Below are positions 26,025 to 36,315 of a stretch of DNA of 64,000 nt, in pieces. Positions within the stretch are counted from its first letter, which is position 1, and each line of letters begins with the position of its first letter. Position numbers and translations under genes: made by a program. The stretch lies in NCBI GenBank assembly GCA_036556695.1, contig DATBIY010000013.1, positions 18,946 through 82,945 of the forward strand, given 5' to 3'. This DNA comes from Candidatus Limnocylindria bacterium (GTDB taxonomy: Bacteria; Chloroflexota; Limnocylindria; QHBO01). The notes under the pieces were generated by a model. It was given only the letters and a program-made list of their open reading frames with translations. It was not told where the DNA came from and did not search any database.

Positions 26025-27419
26025 ATGAGCGATCTGGTGATCCGCGGCGGCACGGTGGTCACCGCCCAGCGCTCGTTCGGCGCCGACGTGGCGATCACTC
26101 ACGGTCGCATCACGGCCGTGGGACCGGATCTCGCGACGCAGCACCCGAACGCGGAAAAGCTGGACGCCAGCGGCCTATTGGTGCTGCCGGGCTGCGTGGA
26201 CGTGCATACCCACACCCGCCTGCCGATCGACGAGGAGCCGGATCGCTTCTTCCAGGACTCGGTGGCCGCAGCCTTCGGCGGCACGACCACCTTCCTGGCC
26301 TTCAACAACCCCGGGACCGGGATCAGCCAGCAGGGGAGCGCCTCGCTGCTGGCCGGGCTGGACGAGTTCAGGCAGCGGACCGAGGGGGAGGCGGCGGTCG
26401 ATTTCGGCCTGGCGGCGGTGATCACCGGGCAGCAGGACGGCGCGCTGGACGAGCTGCCGGAGCTGATCCGGCGCGGCGTGCCGACCGTCAAGGCCTTCAT
26501 GGTCTACGAGTTCCGCCTGCCCGATGAGCAGCTCTTTGCGGCCTTGCAGGTCATGAGCCGCCACGGCGGGATGCTGCAGGTCCACTGCGAGAACGCCACG
26601 ATCATCGACGCGCTGGTGTCCGGGGCGGTGGACGCCGGCCACACCACGTGCCGTCACCACGCGGCCTGCCGCCCGACCTACGCCGAGGCGGAGGCCACGC
26701 ACCGGGCCATCGCGCTGGCGCGCGCCGCGGACGCATCGGTCTATGTCGTCCACCTTTCGTGCGCCGATGCACTGGCCGAGGTGGTCGCCGCCAAGGCGCG
26801 CGGCTGGCCGGTGTACGCCGAGACTTGCCCCCACTACCTGACCCGCACCGAGGCGGCCTACGAGGCCGATGACGAGGCCGAGGTCATCAAGTCGGTCATC
26901 TCGCCCCCGCTGCGTGCCGAGAGCGACCGCCAGGCCCTGTGGCTGGGTCTGGCGCGCGGCGGCCTGGACCTCGTGGCCACCGACCACGTGCCGGACCGCC
27001 TGGCGGTCGAGAAGACGGTGCCGGCCCCGCCCTTCCCGCAGATCAGCAATGGGGCACCTGGCATCGAGACCCTGCTGAGCGTGGTCTATTCGGCGGGCGT
27101 GGGGGCAGGGCATCTCTCGCTGGAGCGCATGGTCGATGTGCTGGCCACCACGCCGGCGCGCCTCTTCGGGATGTCGAGCAAGGGCGCGATCGAGGTGGGA
27201 CGCGACGCCGACGTGGTGCTGTTCGACACCGCCGCGCGGCGCACCCTGCGCCAGGCTGACCTGCATCACACCAGCGATTTCACGCCGTACGAGGGCATGG
27301 GTCTGCGCGGCGCGGTGCACTCCGTGTTCCTGCGCGGTGAGCCAGTCATCAAGGATGGGGCGTTCGTTGGCCGGCGCGGGGCGGGACGCTTCGTGGAGCG
27401 CGCGCTCGAGGAGGCCTGA
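26025..27419 (+). CDS. dihydropyrimidinase/hydantoinase-type cyclic amidohydrolase (allantoinase candidate by context)
   Basis: GGTVV, PGCVDVHTH, VKAFMVY (carboxylated-Lys region), LQVHCEN, VATDH. 464 aa. Confidence 0.85.
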   Translation: MSDLVIRGGTVVTAQRSFGADVAITHGRITAVGPDLATQHPNAEKLDASGLLVLPGCVDVHTHTRLPIDEEPDRFFQDSVAAAFGGTTTFLAFNNPGTGISQQGSASLLAGLDEFRQRTEGEAAVDFGLAAVITGQQDGALDELPELIRRGVPTVKAFMVYEFRLPDEQLFAALQVMSRHGGMLQVHCENATIIDALVSGAVDAGHTTCRHHAACRPTYAEAEATHRAIALARAADASVYVVHLSCADALAEVVAAKARGWPVYAETCPHYLTRTEAAYEADDEAEVIKSVISPPLRAESDRQALWLGLARGGLDLVATDHVPDRLAVEKTVPAPPFPQISNGAPGIETLLSVVYSAGVGAGHLSLERMVDVLATTPARLFGMSSKGAIEVGRDADVVLFDTAARRTLRQADLHHTSDFTPYEGMGLRGAVHSVFLRGEPVIKDGAFVGRRGAGRFVERALEEA

Positions 27420-27441
27420 GCGCGCGCTCGAGGAGGCCTGA
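27398..27441. repeat. exact 22-bp tandem duplication GCGCGCGCTCGAGGAGGCCTGA x2, including the stop codon
   Basis: 27398-27419 and 27420-27441 are identical. The first copy encodes the last residues (RALEEA*) of the amidohydrolase. Confidence 0.9.
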
Positions 27442-27461
27442 GCGCTCGCCATCGGTCCGGT

Positions 27462-27470
27462 TGCTAGGAT
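27462..27470 (+). promoter_or_regulatory. extended -10 TGCTAGGAT, 6 nt upstream of ATG 27477 (leaderless geometry)
   Basis: TGCTAGGAT-gcccgc-ATG. Confidence 0.45.
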
Positions 27471-27476
27471 GCCCGC

Positions 27477-28811
27477 ATGGCCGCGCTGATCGCCGTCGCC
27501 GTTGCCTTGAGCACGACCCTCAGCGTGCCCAGCGGCACGCCGCTGCCCGCATCGCCGGCGACCACCACGCACCTGGCGACCACGTACGTGCTGAACGCCT
27601 CGCTCGACGTCAGCGCGGGGCGGCTGCGAGTCGGCGAGCGGGTGACCATCACCAACCGGGCGTCATACCCCATCGACCATGTCAACCTCTCCGTGCTGCC
27701 ACGCGCGTTCGGGTACTTCAGGTTCGCCGGGCAGGTTCGCGTCGACGGGGAGGAGGCGGACATCAGCTGGACCAGCGGCACCAACCTGCGCGTCGCGCTG
27801 GGGCGCTGGCTGCAGCCCGGTGTGCAGGTGGCCATCCGCATCCCGTTTCGCCTGCGCGTCGGGTCCAGCGGCGGCGCCTTCACGGCACGCACCAGCCGCG
27901 ACCGCGGGGTGCTGAGCCTGGGCGAGTGGTTCCCGATCATCTCGCGCAAGCACGACAGCTACGCGGTGGGCGATCCACAGGTCACGCGCACCGCTGACTT
28001 GATCACGCTCAACCTGACCACCGACGTGCGCTTGCTGCGCCAGGCGGTTGCCTGCGCGGGCCTGCAGCAGGCACCGGCCGTTCGCGGGCGCCATTGGACC
28101 TGCGTGGCCCGGAACGTTCGCGACTTCTCGGTGGTGGTGAATCCCCGGTTCCACGTCATGACCCGCACCACCGACGGCGTCACCGTTCGCGTCTACACGG
28201 AGACGGTCGATGGCTCGACCACGATGAGGAAGGCGAGGTTCGCGCTGCGCTCGCTGAACGACCTCTACGGTCGCTATCCGTGGACCGACCTGGTGCTGGC
28301 CGAGGTCGGCGCCGATGGCGGCTTCAGCATGGAATATCCGCGCACCATCCACCTGACGCGCACGAAGGTGACCGATACCTACGTGCTCTACCACGAGGTC
28401 GCGCACCAGTGGTTCTACGCGCAGCTGGGCAACGACCAGATGCGCGTGCCGTGGCTGGACGAGGCCTTCGCCGACTTCACCGCACGCTGGCTGATGGGCA
28501 TCGGCCGCAGCCAGTGCTCGACCCGCGACGTGGACAGCTCGGTCTTCGCCTGGCCGGCCGGCAAGACGAGCGGCGGGGACTGGCTGAGCTGCGACGGCTA
28601 CTTCCACGCGGTGTTCTACAAGGGAAGCGAATTCTTGACCAGGGTCCGCCAGTCGATGGGCACGACGCGGTTCTTCGCAAGCCTGCGCACCTTCATCGCC
28701 GACAACCGCTATGGCATGACCACGACGCGTGGGCTACTGGACTTCCTGCAGTCGCGCAGCCAGACGAACCTCCTGCCGATCTATCGGCGCTACCTGCACG
28801 CTTACGACTGA
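27477..28811 (+). CDS. M1-family (gluzincin) metallopeptidase with N-terminal signal/anchor
   Basis: GFSMEYP (GxMEN-like), HEVAH followed 18 residues later by E (WLDEAFADF). Hydrophobic N-terminus MAALIAVAVAL. Confidence 0.8.
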   Translation: MAALIAVAVALSTTLSVPSGTPLPASPATTTHLATTYVLNASLDVSAGRLRVGERVTITNRASYPIDHVNLSVLPRAFGYFRFAGQVRVDGEEADISWTSGTNLRVALGRWLQPGVQVAIRIPFRLRVGSSGGAFTARTSRDRGVLSLGEWFPIISRKHDSYAVGDPQVTRTADLITLNLTTDVRLLRQAVACAGLQQAPAVRGRHWTCVARNVRDFSVVVNPRFHVMTRTTDGVTVRVYTETVDGSTTMRKARFALRSLNDLYGRYPWTDLVLAEVGADGGFSMEYPRTIHLTRTKVTDTYVLYHEVAHQWFYAQLGNDQMRVPWLDEAFADFTARWLMGIGRSQCSTRDVDSSVFAWPAGKTSGGDWLSCDGYFHAVFYKGSEFLTRVRQSMGTTRFFASLRTFIADNRYGMTTTRGLLDFLQSRSQTNLLPIYRRYLHAYD

Positions 28812-28936
28812 TACGGTGCCAGCCGGTGCGCCGACCACGGCGGCGGCAACAGGCAACGTCGCCCTCCTGGTGACCCGCGTGGGCCTATTGGGCAGTTGCG
28901 TTTGGGACCGGTACTGTCGCTAGCCTGTAGAGCGCC

Positions 28937-29443
28937 GTGTCAGATGCAGAACAGCGCGACCCGTACGCGATCCTGCAGGTGCACACCAACGCCGTGCCCG
29001 AGGTCATCGACGCCGCGTATCGAGCACTGGCGCTTATCCATCATCCGGATCGCAGTGGCGAGCCGACTGCGGACGCGATCATGGCGGATCTCAACTGGGC
29101 CTATGCCGTCTTGCGCGAGCCCGATCTGCGCGCCTCGTATGACAGCAGTCAGGTGGCAATCGAGGTCGAGCCGCCCGCCGCCGACGTCACGAACGCCACC
29201 CTGCGCGAGCGGGTCGCCGTAGCCGCGGACGCGGCGGTGGAGCGCGACACCTCGAATCCGGCGAACACCGTAATCGACTTCGGCCGCTTTGCCGGCATGA
29301 CGCTTCGGCAGATCGCGCGCACTGACCCGACCTACCTGGAATGGCTGCGCCGTCACTCGTCGGGGATTCGGTACCGCGCGCAGATCGACGCCGTGCTGAG
29401 CGCGATGGCAGGCAGTCGCTCGGCTCAGCCCAGCAGCGGGTAG
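28937..29443 (+). CDS. J-domain protein with DUF3820-like C-terminal region
   Basis: DPYAILQV ... [12 protein letters not shown] (HPD motif). C-terminal [23 protein letters not shown] resembles DUF3820. GTG start. Confidence 0.72.
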   Translation: MSDAEQRDPYAILQVHTNAVPEVIDAAYRALALIHHPDRSGEPTADAIMADLNWAYAVLREPDLRASYDSSQVAIEVEPPAADVTNATLRERVAVAADAAVERDTSNPANTVIDFGRFAGMTLRQIARTDPTYLEWLRRHSSGIRYRAQIDAVLSAMAGSRSAQPSSG

Positions 29444-31005
29444 GCGTCCAGCGTCAGGAACTCGGCGAACTCGTCGGAAAGGACGAGTGCGTCGAGCAGG
29501 GCGGAGGCATCGGCCCAGCGGTGGTCCGGCGCCGACGACTGCAGCCGGCTGAGCTCATCGTCGCGAATCACGCCGTACAGCTCGGGAGTCATCGGCCTTC
29601 CGTCCGCCATTGTCGCGCGGTGGATCCGCCACTGCCACAGCTGCGAGCGGCTGATCTCGGCGGTGGCCGCGTCCTCCATCAGGTTGTTGATGGCCGCCGC
29701 CCCGTTGCCGGCCAGCCAGGAGGCCAGGTACTGGAGCGCCACCGACACGTTGGTGCGCACGCCCGCCTCGGTGATGGCGCCGCCCGGCACGCTCACGTCC
29801 AGCAGTTGAGCGGCCGAGGGCGCGACGTCCGGGGAGCGGTCCTTCTGGTTGGGACGCTCGCCCAGCGCCACGTCGAAGATCTCGCCGGCCACCGGCACCA
29901 GGTCAGGGTGCGCCACCCAGGTGCCGTCCGACCCGTCGCCGGCCTCGCGCTGCTTGTCCTCGCGCACTGCGGCCAGCGCGCGCTCGGTAACCTCCGGCTC
30001 GCGGCGGTTGGGGATGAAGGCGCTCATGCCCCCGATGGCGTGCGCCTCGCGGCGGTGGCAGGTCGCGACCAGGAGCTGCTGGTAGGCGCGCATGAAGGGC
30101 ACCGCCATGGTGACCTGGGCACGGTCCGGCAGGACGCGATCGGGCCGGCTGCGCAGCTTCTTGATGAAGCTGAAGATGTAGTCCCAGCGCCCCGCGTTCA
30201 GGCCGGCGGCGTGCTCACGCAGCTCGTAGAGGATCTCCTCCATCTCGAAGGCCGCCAGAATGGTCTCGATCAACACGGTGGCGCGGATGGTGCCGCGCGG
30301 CACGTCCAGCGCCTCCTGGGCGGCCAGGAAGACGTCGTTCCAGAGCTGCGCCTCGAGGTGCGACTCCAGCTTCGGCAGGTAGAAGTACGGGCCCGAGGCG
30401 CGGGCCAACTGCTCGCGGGCGTTGTGGAAGAAGGTCAGCCCGAAATCGAAGAGGCTGGCCGAGATGGGGGAGCCGTCCACCAGCACGTGCGCCTCGTCCA
30501 GGTGCCAGCCGCGTGGCCGCACCACCAGCGTGGCCAGCTGTCCGGACCCGAGCTCGTAGGTCTTCTCCTCGGTGCGATGCGTGAGCGTGCGCCGCACGGC
30601 GTGCTGCATCGCCCATTGACCGGTGACCGCGTTCTGCCAGGTGGGGGAGAGCGCGTCCTCGAAATCGGCCATGAACACGCGCGCGCCGGAGTTCAACGCG
30701 TTGATCATCATCTTCGGCTCGGCGGGGCCGGTGATCTCGACCCGGCGATCGTCCAGGTCCGGCGGGGCGGGCGCCACCCGCCACTCGGGGTCGTCGCGGA
30801 CCGGATGCGTATTCGGCAGGAAGTCCGGCAGCTCGCCGGCGTCGAAGCGCGCCTGGCGTTCGCGCCGCTCCCCGAGCAACCGCAGCCTCCGCTGGTTGAA
30901 GGACCGATGCAGCTGCGCGACGAAGCCGAGCGCCTCGGGGGTCAGGACCTCGTCGGCATGTTCGGCGGATGCGGTGACGTCGACGCCGGGCGCGGTGACC
31001 GACAT
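29425..31005 (-). CDS. aceB: malate synthase A
   Basis: 526 aa ([58 protein letters not shown]). The 3' end overlaps the J-domain gene by 19 nt (convergent). Confidence 0.92.
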   Translation of the reverse strand: MSVTAPGVDVTASAEHADEVLTPEALGFVAQLHRSFNQRRLRLLGERRERQARFDAGELPDFLPNTHPVRDDPEWRVAPAPPDLDDRRVEITGPAEPKMMINALNSGARVFMADFEDALSPTWQNAVTGQWAMQHAVRRTLTHRTEEKTYELGSGQLATLVVRPRGWHLDEAHVLVDGSPISASLFDFGLTFFHNAREQLARASGPYFYLPKLESHLEAQLWNDVFLAAQEALDVPRGTIRATVLIETILAAFEMEEILYELREHAAGLNAGRWDYIFSFIKKLRSRPDRVLPDRAQVTMAVPFMRAYQQLLVATCHRREAHAIGGMSAFIPNRREPEVTERALAAVREDKQREAGDGSDGTWVAHPDLVPVAGEIFDVALGERPNQKDRSPDVAPSAAQLLDVSVPGGAITEAGVRTNVSVALQYLASWLAGNGAAAINNLMEDAATAEISRSQLWQWRIHRATMADGRPMTPELYGVIRDDELSRLQSSAPDHRWADASALLDALVLSDEFAEFLTLDAYPLLG

Positions 31006-31009
31006 GCGC

Positions 31010-31480
31010 TCAGTACCCGAACCGCATGAGGATCATGCAGGTGAAGATGACGAAGAACAGCGCCAAGTCGATTCGCGTCACGACGTTCAGCCGTGCGACC
31101 GCGGCACCGAAGTCGGGAGCGTCCTTGACCGCCGTGTATGCGGGGCCGATGTTGATCGCGCCGTTCACGAACAGGCCGATGGTCGCCACCAGGGCCAGCA
31201 GCCACGTCAGGCCGTAGGCCGTGGTGAAGACGTACTCGAACGAGTTGATGGGACCCAGCAGCGTTCCGCGGACGATGCCCAGCAGCAGGACCAGGATGCC
31301 CACCACCGGAAACACGCGCTGCCCCGTGGCCGACAGTCGGCCGTACATCTCGCGCAGCGTTCCCTCCGGCATCGTCCGCAGCGGCGGCGCGATGAGGAAG
31401 TAGGCCGACAACGCGTATCCGAACCACAGGATGCCGAGCAGGACGTGGACCCATTGGACGGCGAACTGCAGCCAGTTCAC
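31010..31480 (-). CDS. four-TM membrane protein, CopD/HemJ/PuuD-N-terminal-like
   Basis: GTG start with AGGAG 9 nt upstream. TM1 is [15 protein letters not shown] (conserved-looking His/Trp). The stop is 4 nt before the malate synthase ATG. Confidence 0.62.
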   Translation of the reverse strand: MNWLQFAVQWVHVLLGILWFGYALSAYFLIAPPLRTMPEGTLREMYGRLSATGQRVFPVVGILVLLLGIVRGTLLGPINSFEYVFTTAYGLTWLLALVATIGLFVNGAINIGPAYTAVKDAPDFGAAVARLNVVTRIDLALFFVIFTCMILMRFGY

Positions 31481-31514
31481 GTGGGTGGACTCCTGAGTGC
31501 AGATTGGTCCGCCG

Positions 31515-31523
31515 ATTGTGGCA
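31515..31523 (-). promoter_or_regulatory. extended -10 TGCCACAAT (minus strand) upstream of the membrane-protein/malate synthase pair
   Basis: Minus strand reads TGCCACAATCGGCGG...AGGAGtccacccacGTG. It lies in the 60-nt gap after the YdeI-like gene. Confidence 0.4.
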
Positions 31524-31540
31524 GACCCTACCAGCCGATC

Positions 31541-32149
31541 CTAGCGCTCGCCTCGCTCGACGATGAAGGCCTTCGGCCGCGTGCCGGCGCGCAACGTGGC
31601 CAGCAGCTCGGCGAAGCGACGCTCCCGGGTCTCGGGCCGCTTGGCGGAGGCCACCCAGTAGGACGCGGTGCGACGGAATGACGGCTGTTCTGCCGTCCAG
31701 CGGGCTGCGGCGGCGGAATCGGCCTCCAGGCGGGCGAGCATCTCCGGCTCCAGCTCCAGCTGCGGCCGTTCGTACGAGTAGCTGGCGTCCCTGCGGTGGT
31801 CACGCTCCTCGAAGACTCGCAGCCCAGCGGGGTGCATCCGTCCGGCGGCCTTCAGCTCGGCGACCTTGGCGAGGTTGATGGCGCTCCAATTGCTGCCACT
31901 GCGCCGGGGTGTGAAGCGGGTGGCCGTCACCTCGTCGTCGATGCGGAAGGTGATGCCGTCGATCCAGCCGTGGCACAGCGCCTCCTCGACGGCCTGCGGG
32001 TAGGTCATCGCGACCTTGCCGGCGCCCTTCTTGTAGAAGCCCACGAACAGGGCCGTCCCGGTCGCGTGGTGCTCCTGCAGCCAATCACGGAAGGCAGCCT
32101 GGTCGGTGAAGATGCGGACCTCGTCTCGCGTTGGCCTGCTGATGGGCAC
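31541..32149 (-). CDS. YdeI/OmpD-associated family protein
   Basis: 202 aa (FRDWLQEHH...GFYKKG...ALCHGWIDG...RFTPRR..SNWS..N). The start is 3 nt after the XDH FAD-subunit stop. Confidence 0.72.
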   Translation of the reverse strand: MPISRPTRDEVRIFTDQAAFRDWLQEHHATGTALFVGFYKKGAGKVAMTYPQAVEEALCHGWIDGITFRIDDEVTATRFTPRRSGSNWSAINLAKVAELKAAGRMHPAGLRVFEERDHRRDASYSYERPQLELEPEMLARLEADSAAAARWTAEQPSFRRTASYWVASAKRPETRERRFAELLATLRAGTRPKAFIVERGER

Positions 32150-32152
32150 GGG

Positions 32153-33010
32153 CTACCAGTCGCCCTCGTCACGGATGAGCCGATGGAGGACGCGCCCGGC
32201 CACCGCGCGACGATAGTCGGCGGTCGATCGCACGTCGTCGATGGGGGTCAGCTCCTCCGCCAGGGCCGCCACCGCCGCGTCGGCCACCTCCGGCGACGGA
32301 TCGTGGCCTTCGAGCGTTGCCTCGGTGCGGAGAGCGCGCACGGGAGTCGCGGCCATTGAACCCAGCGCCAGGCGAACGTTGCGCCACGCCGCGCTGCCAT
32401 CGCTCTGCTCCCAAGCCAGGGCCATCACCACCTTGGAGATGGCCTGCGCGCAGCGCGTGCCCACTTTGCGGAAGCGCACCTGGCGAGCGTCGACCAGGGG
32501 GAAGCGAATGCGCACGATCAGCTCGTCGGGTGCCAGGGCGGTGCGCCGATAGGCCGGCCAGAACTCACTGGCCGGCACGGTTCGCTCGCCGCGCGGCCCG
32601 CCCAGCACCAGCTCCGCGTCCGTGGCCAGCAGGATGGGCAGCGTGTCGCCGGCGGGCGAAGCGTTCGCCGCGTTGCCGCCAAGCGTGCCGCGATTCTGGA
32701 TCTGCGCGGCGCCGATCGTGGCTGCGGCATCCGCCAGCGCGGGCAGGTGCGTCTGGACCTCCGGCGCGCGCCGAATCTGGGTGTACGTGGTCAGGGCGCC
32801 GATCACCAGCGCGCCGTCCTGCAGGCTGATGCCCCGCAGCTCATCGAGGCCCCAGATGTCGATGACGCGCTCCGGCGGCTCGCCGATCTCGCCGGTGATC
32901 TGCACCAGCAGGTCAGTGCCGCCGGCCACGGGGCGGTGCGGCGCCTCGGCCAGGGCGGCAAAGGCCTCGTCCAGGGTGCGCGGGCTGACGACCGGCGGCT
33001 CGACGGGCAT
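32153..33010 (-). CDS. xanthine dehydrogenase family FAD-binding subunit (CoxM/XdhB-like)
   Basis: FAD_binding_5 pattern (AGGTDLLV, IQNRGTLGGNAANASPAGD) plus a CO-dehydrogenase flavoprotein C-terminal domain. Confidence 0.85.
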   Translation of the reverse strand: MPVEPPVVSPRTLDEAFAALAEAPHRPVAGGTDLLVQITGEIGEPPERVIDIWGLDELRGISLQDGALVIGALTTYTQIRRAPEVQTHLPALADAAATIGAAQIQNRGTLGGNAANASPAGDTLPILLATDAELVLGGPRGERTVPASEFWPAYRRTALAPDELIVRIRFPLVDARQVRFRKVGTRCAQAISKVVMALAWEQSDGSAAWRNVRLALGSMAATPVRALRTEATLEGHDPSPEVADAAVAALAEELTPIDDVRSTADYRRAVAGRVLHRLIRDEGDW

Positions 33011-33014
33011 CGGC

Positions 33015-33490
<476 letters not shown>

Positions 33491-33494
<4 letters not shown>

Positions 33495-35875
33495 GGCTTG
33501 AGGTCCTGCGGCGGATCAGTGGGAGCTCGGAAGGGCATCTCGTCGCCGCCGGCGGGCAGATCCTCGACCGGCGGGGTCCGCGGCTCGGGCGCCTCGAGCG
33601 AGACGCCGGGAGCGGGCGGCATCGGTCCATTGGTCATGGCGGCCAGGATGCGCTCCGGCGTGGCGGGCAGGTCGTGGATCCAGGCACCGGTGGCGTCGTG
33701 GATGGCCGCCACCACCGCCGGCGCCCCGACGTCCATGGGCAGCTCGCCCACGCCCTTGGCGCCGTGTGGCGCGCCGGAGTACGGCTTCTCGACCAAGATG
33801 CTGCGAATCGTCGGCGCATCAAGCGCGGTGGGGATGAGGTAGGTGGCCAGGCGGTCGTTCTGGTAGCGGCCGTCCAGCAGCTTCATCTCCTCGATGGTGG
33901 CGTAGCCGATGGCCTGCAGCGAGCCGCCCTCCACCTGTCCCTCGGCCAGCACCGGGTGGATGACATGACCGATATCGTCGGCGGCCACGAAGTCGCGCAC
34001 CGCGACCTCACAGGTGTCCAGGTCGACCTCCACGCGGGCCACGGCGGCCGCCCAGCCGAACGCCGGATAGGCGTCGCCGGTGTAGTTCCTGTCGTCGAAC
34101 GGCACGCCCGGGTACGGCGTGAACTGCTCGTCGACGCGGCGTGGCCGGGCCGCGCGGTACGAGTCGGCGAACGGGCGGCCCGTCTCGTCCTCCACCAGCG
34201 CCCTCAGGTTCCTTGCCGCGCGGATGAGCAGGCCGCCGACCACCATGGCCGTGCGGCTGGCGACCGTGGGGCCGGAGTCCGGGACGATGGAGGTGTCCTG
34301 TGGCGCGATCTCGACCTCGTCGTACTCGACGCCCAGCGCATCGGCCACCAGCTGCGGGAAGATCGTCTTGGTGCCCTGGCCCATCTCGGTCGAGGCGGTC
34401 AGGATGCGGATGCGGTGGTCGTCGGTGAGCTCGACGCTCGCGACCGACGCCAGTTTCACCTCGCCCGAGCCGGTGAAGCCGGCCCCGTGCCAGGCCAGCG
34501 CCAGCCCCACGCCGGACGCGATGCGCGCGCCGGATCCGCGCCGCTGACGCGCCTCCCGGGTTCGCTGGCGATGGGTCTCGAACGCCGATGCCTCCGCCGC
34601 CGCCTCCAGCACCGCCTCGCCGCCGACGCTCTCGCGCAGCACCTGGCCGGTGGGTGTCACATCGCCCTCTCGATACACCCAGCGACGCCGGAGCTCGAGC
34701 GGCGACTCGCCGAGCGCATCGGCAATGCGGTTGACCTGCATCTCGGCAGCGAACTCGGTCTGCGGCGCTCCGAAGCCGCGGAAGGCGCCGTTGGGCGGCG
34801 TGTTGGTGGCCATGGCGCGCCCCACGATGCGCACGTTCTCGCAGCGGTACGGGCCGCCGGCGTGCAGCGTTCCGCGGCTGAGCACCACCGGCGTCAGGGT
34901 GCAGTACGCGCCGCCGTCCATTATGACCTCGATCTCCTGCGCCACCAGGTCGCCGTCATGCGTCACGCCGGAGCGGTAGCGGATCACTGCCGGGTGGCGC
35001 TTGGTGGTGGCGCTGATGTCCTCGTGGCGGTCGTAGATCATGCGTACCGGCTTCTCGCACTTCCTGGCGAGCAGCGCGGCATGCAGCGCGATCATGGAGG
35101 GATATTCCTCCTTGCCGCCGAAGCCGCCGCCGGTCTCTGCCTGGACCACGACCGCCAGCTCGTCGCCCATGTCCAGCGCCCGCTTCATGGCCTTGTGGAT
35201 GTAGTACGGGCACTGCAGCGAGCCATGGACCGTCATGCCACCGTCTTCGCGTGGCACGGCGATCATCGCCTGGTTCTCGATGTAGAGCTGCTCCTGGTGC
35301 CCGACCCGGTACGTGCCCTCGATCACCCGGTCGGCCTTCGCCATGGCGGCCGCCGCGTCGCCGCGCTCGACCACGTAGCGGGCGAACTGCCGGTCGCTCT
35401 CCAGGGGGTCGAAGACAGCCGACAGGCGCTCGGTGCGCAGCCGGACGTGCTTCCGCGCCTCACGCACGGTGGAGCGATCCGCCGCCGCGACCAGCGCCAC
35501 CGGCTCGGCCTGATGGCGAATCTCGCCGCCAACGGGCACCAGCACCGGCTGGTCGTCGTCGATGAGGCTCACGATGTTCTCGCCGGGGATGTCGTCGGCG
35601 GTGACGACCACCACGCGGCTCCAGTCGAACGCGTCGTCCAGCTCGATGCCCAGCAGCCGCGCATGTGGCTCGGTGGAGCGGATGGTGGAGCCGTACCAGG
35701 CGCCGGGGAACACCAGGTCATCGGCGTACTTCGCCAGCCCGGTGAGCTTCTCCGGCCCCTCGCGGCGTGGGGGCGCGGTCCGGATGCGGCCACGCGCGGG
35801 CGCATCGGCCGGAATGACCACCGCCGAGGAGGCAGTCGGTGGGGGCATCCGGGTCATGCGAGTCCGGGGCTCCAT
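33491..35875 (-). CDS. xanthine dehydrogenase family molybdopterin-binding large subunit
   Basis: 794 aa (GGGFGGKE, AFRGFGAPQ as in XDH-type enzymes). 4-nt overlap with the small subunit gene. Confidence 0.9.
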
Positions 35876-35897
35876 CGGCGCATGCTAGCGCGACGGC

Positions 35898-36302
35898 TTA
35901 CTGGCGCGCCTCCGAGATTTCGAGCAGGTGCCCATCCGGGTCGCGGAAGAAGGCGCGCACCTCCCACTCGGAGCTGAGCGGCGGGGCGAGGAAGGTTGCG
36001 CCGCGAGCCCGCAGCTCCTGGTACGCGGCCTGGCAGTCGGCAACGCGCATGGTGAACGCATGGTCCACACGGCTGGGATCGGTGGCCGGCGCAAAAGTGA
36101 CGTCCGGCTTGTCCTCGGTCGGCGGCCCGCCCGTCACCAGCAGGATCCAGGCTCCGGCCAGGCGCAGCACGCACGACGTGCCGCCGTATTCGCGGTACAC
36201 CTCGGCGCCAACCACGTCGCGCCAGAAGTCGCGCGCCCGATCGACGTCGGTCACGACCAGGATGGTGGTCAGCTCGACCTCGGGACCGGGGAAGCCGCCC
36301 AT
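35898..36302 (-). CDS. VOC (glyoxalase fold) family protein
   Basis: ATG 36302 with GGAGGA 7 nt upstream. 134 aa (FWRDVVGAEV ... FFRDPDGHLLEI). The upstream 24 codons of the ORF were rejected. Confidence 0.7.
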   Translation of the reverse strand: MGGFPGPEVELTTILVVTDVDRARDFWRDVVGAEVYREYGGTSCVLRLAGAWILLVTGGPPTEDKPDVTFAPATDPSRVDHAFTMRVADCQAAYQELRARGATFLAPPLSSEWEVRAFFRDPDGHLLEISEARQ

Positions 36303-36315
36303 GCCGCAGTCCTCC

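Noticed and set aside
21671-27441. Short tandem repeats (14 bp x2.5, 10 bp x2, 22 bp x2) as a CRISPR or minisatellite array
   Set aside because: The copies are directly adjacent with no spacers. There are only two or three units and the three sites have unrelated sequences. They are consistent with local slippage duplications, not CRISPR.
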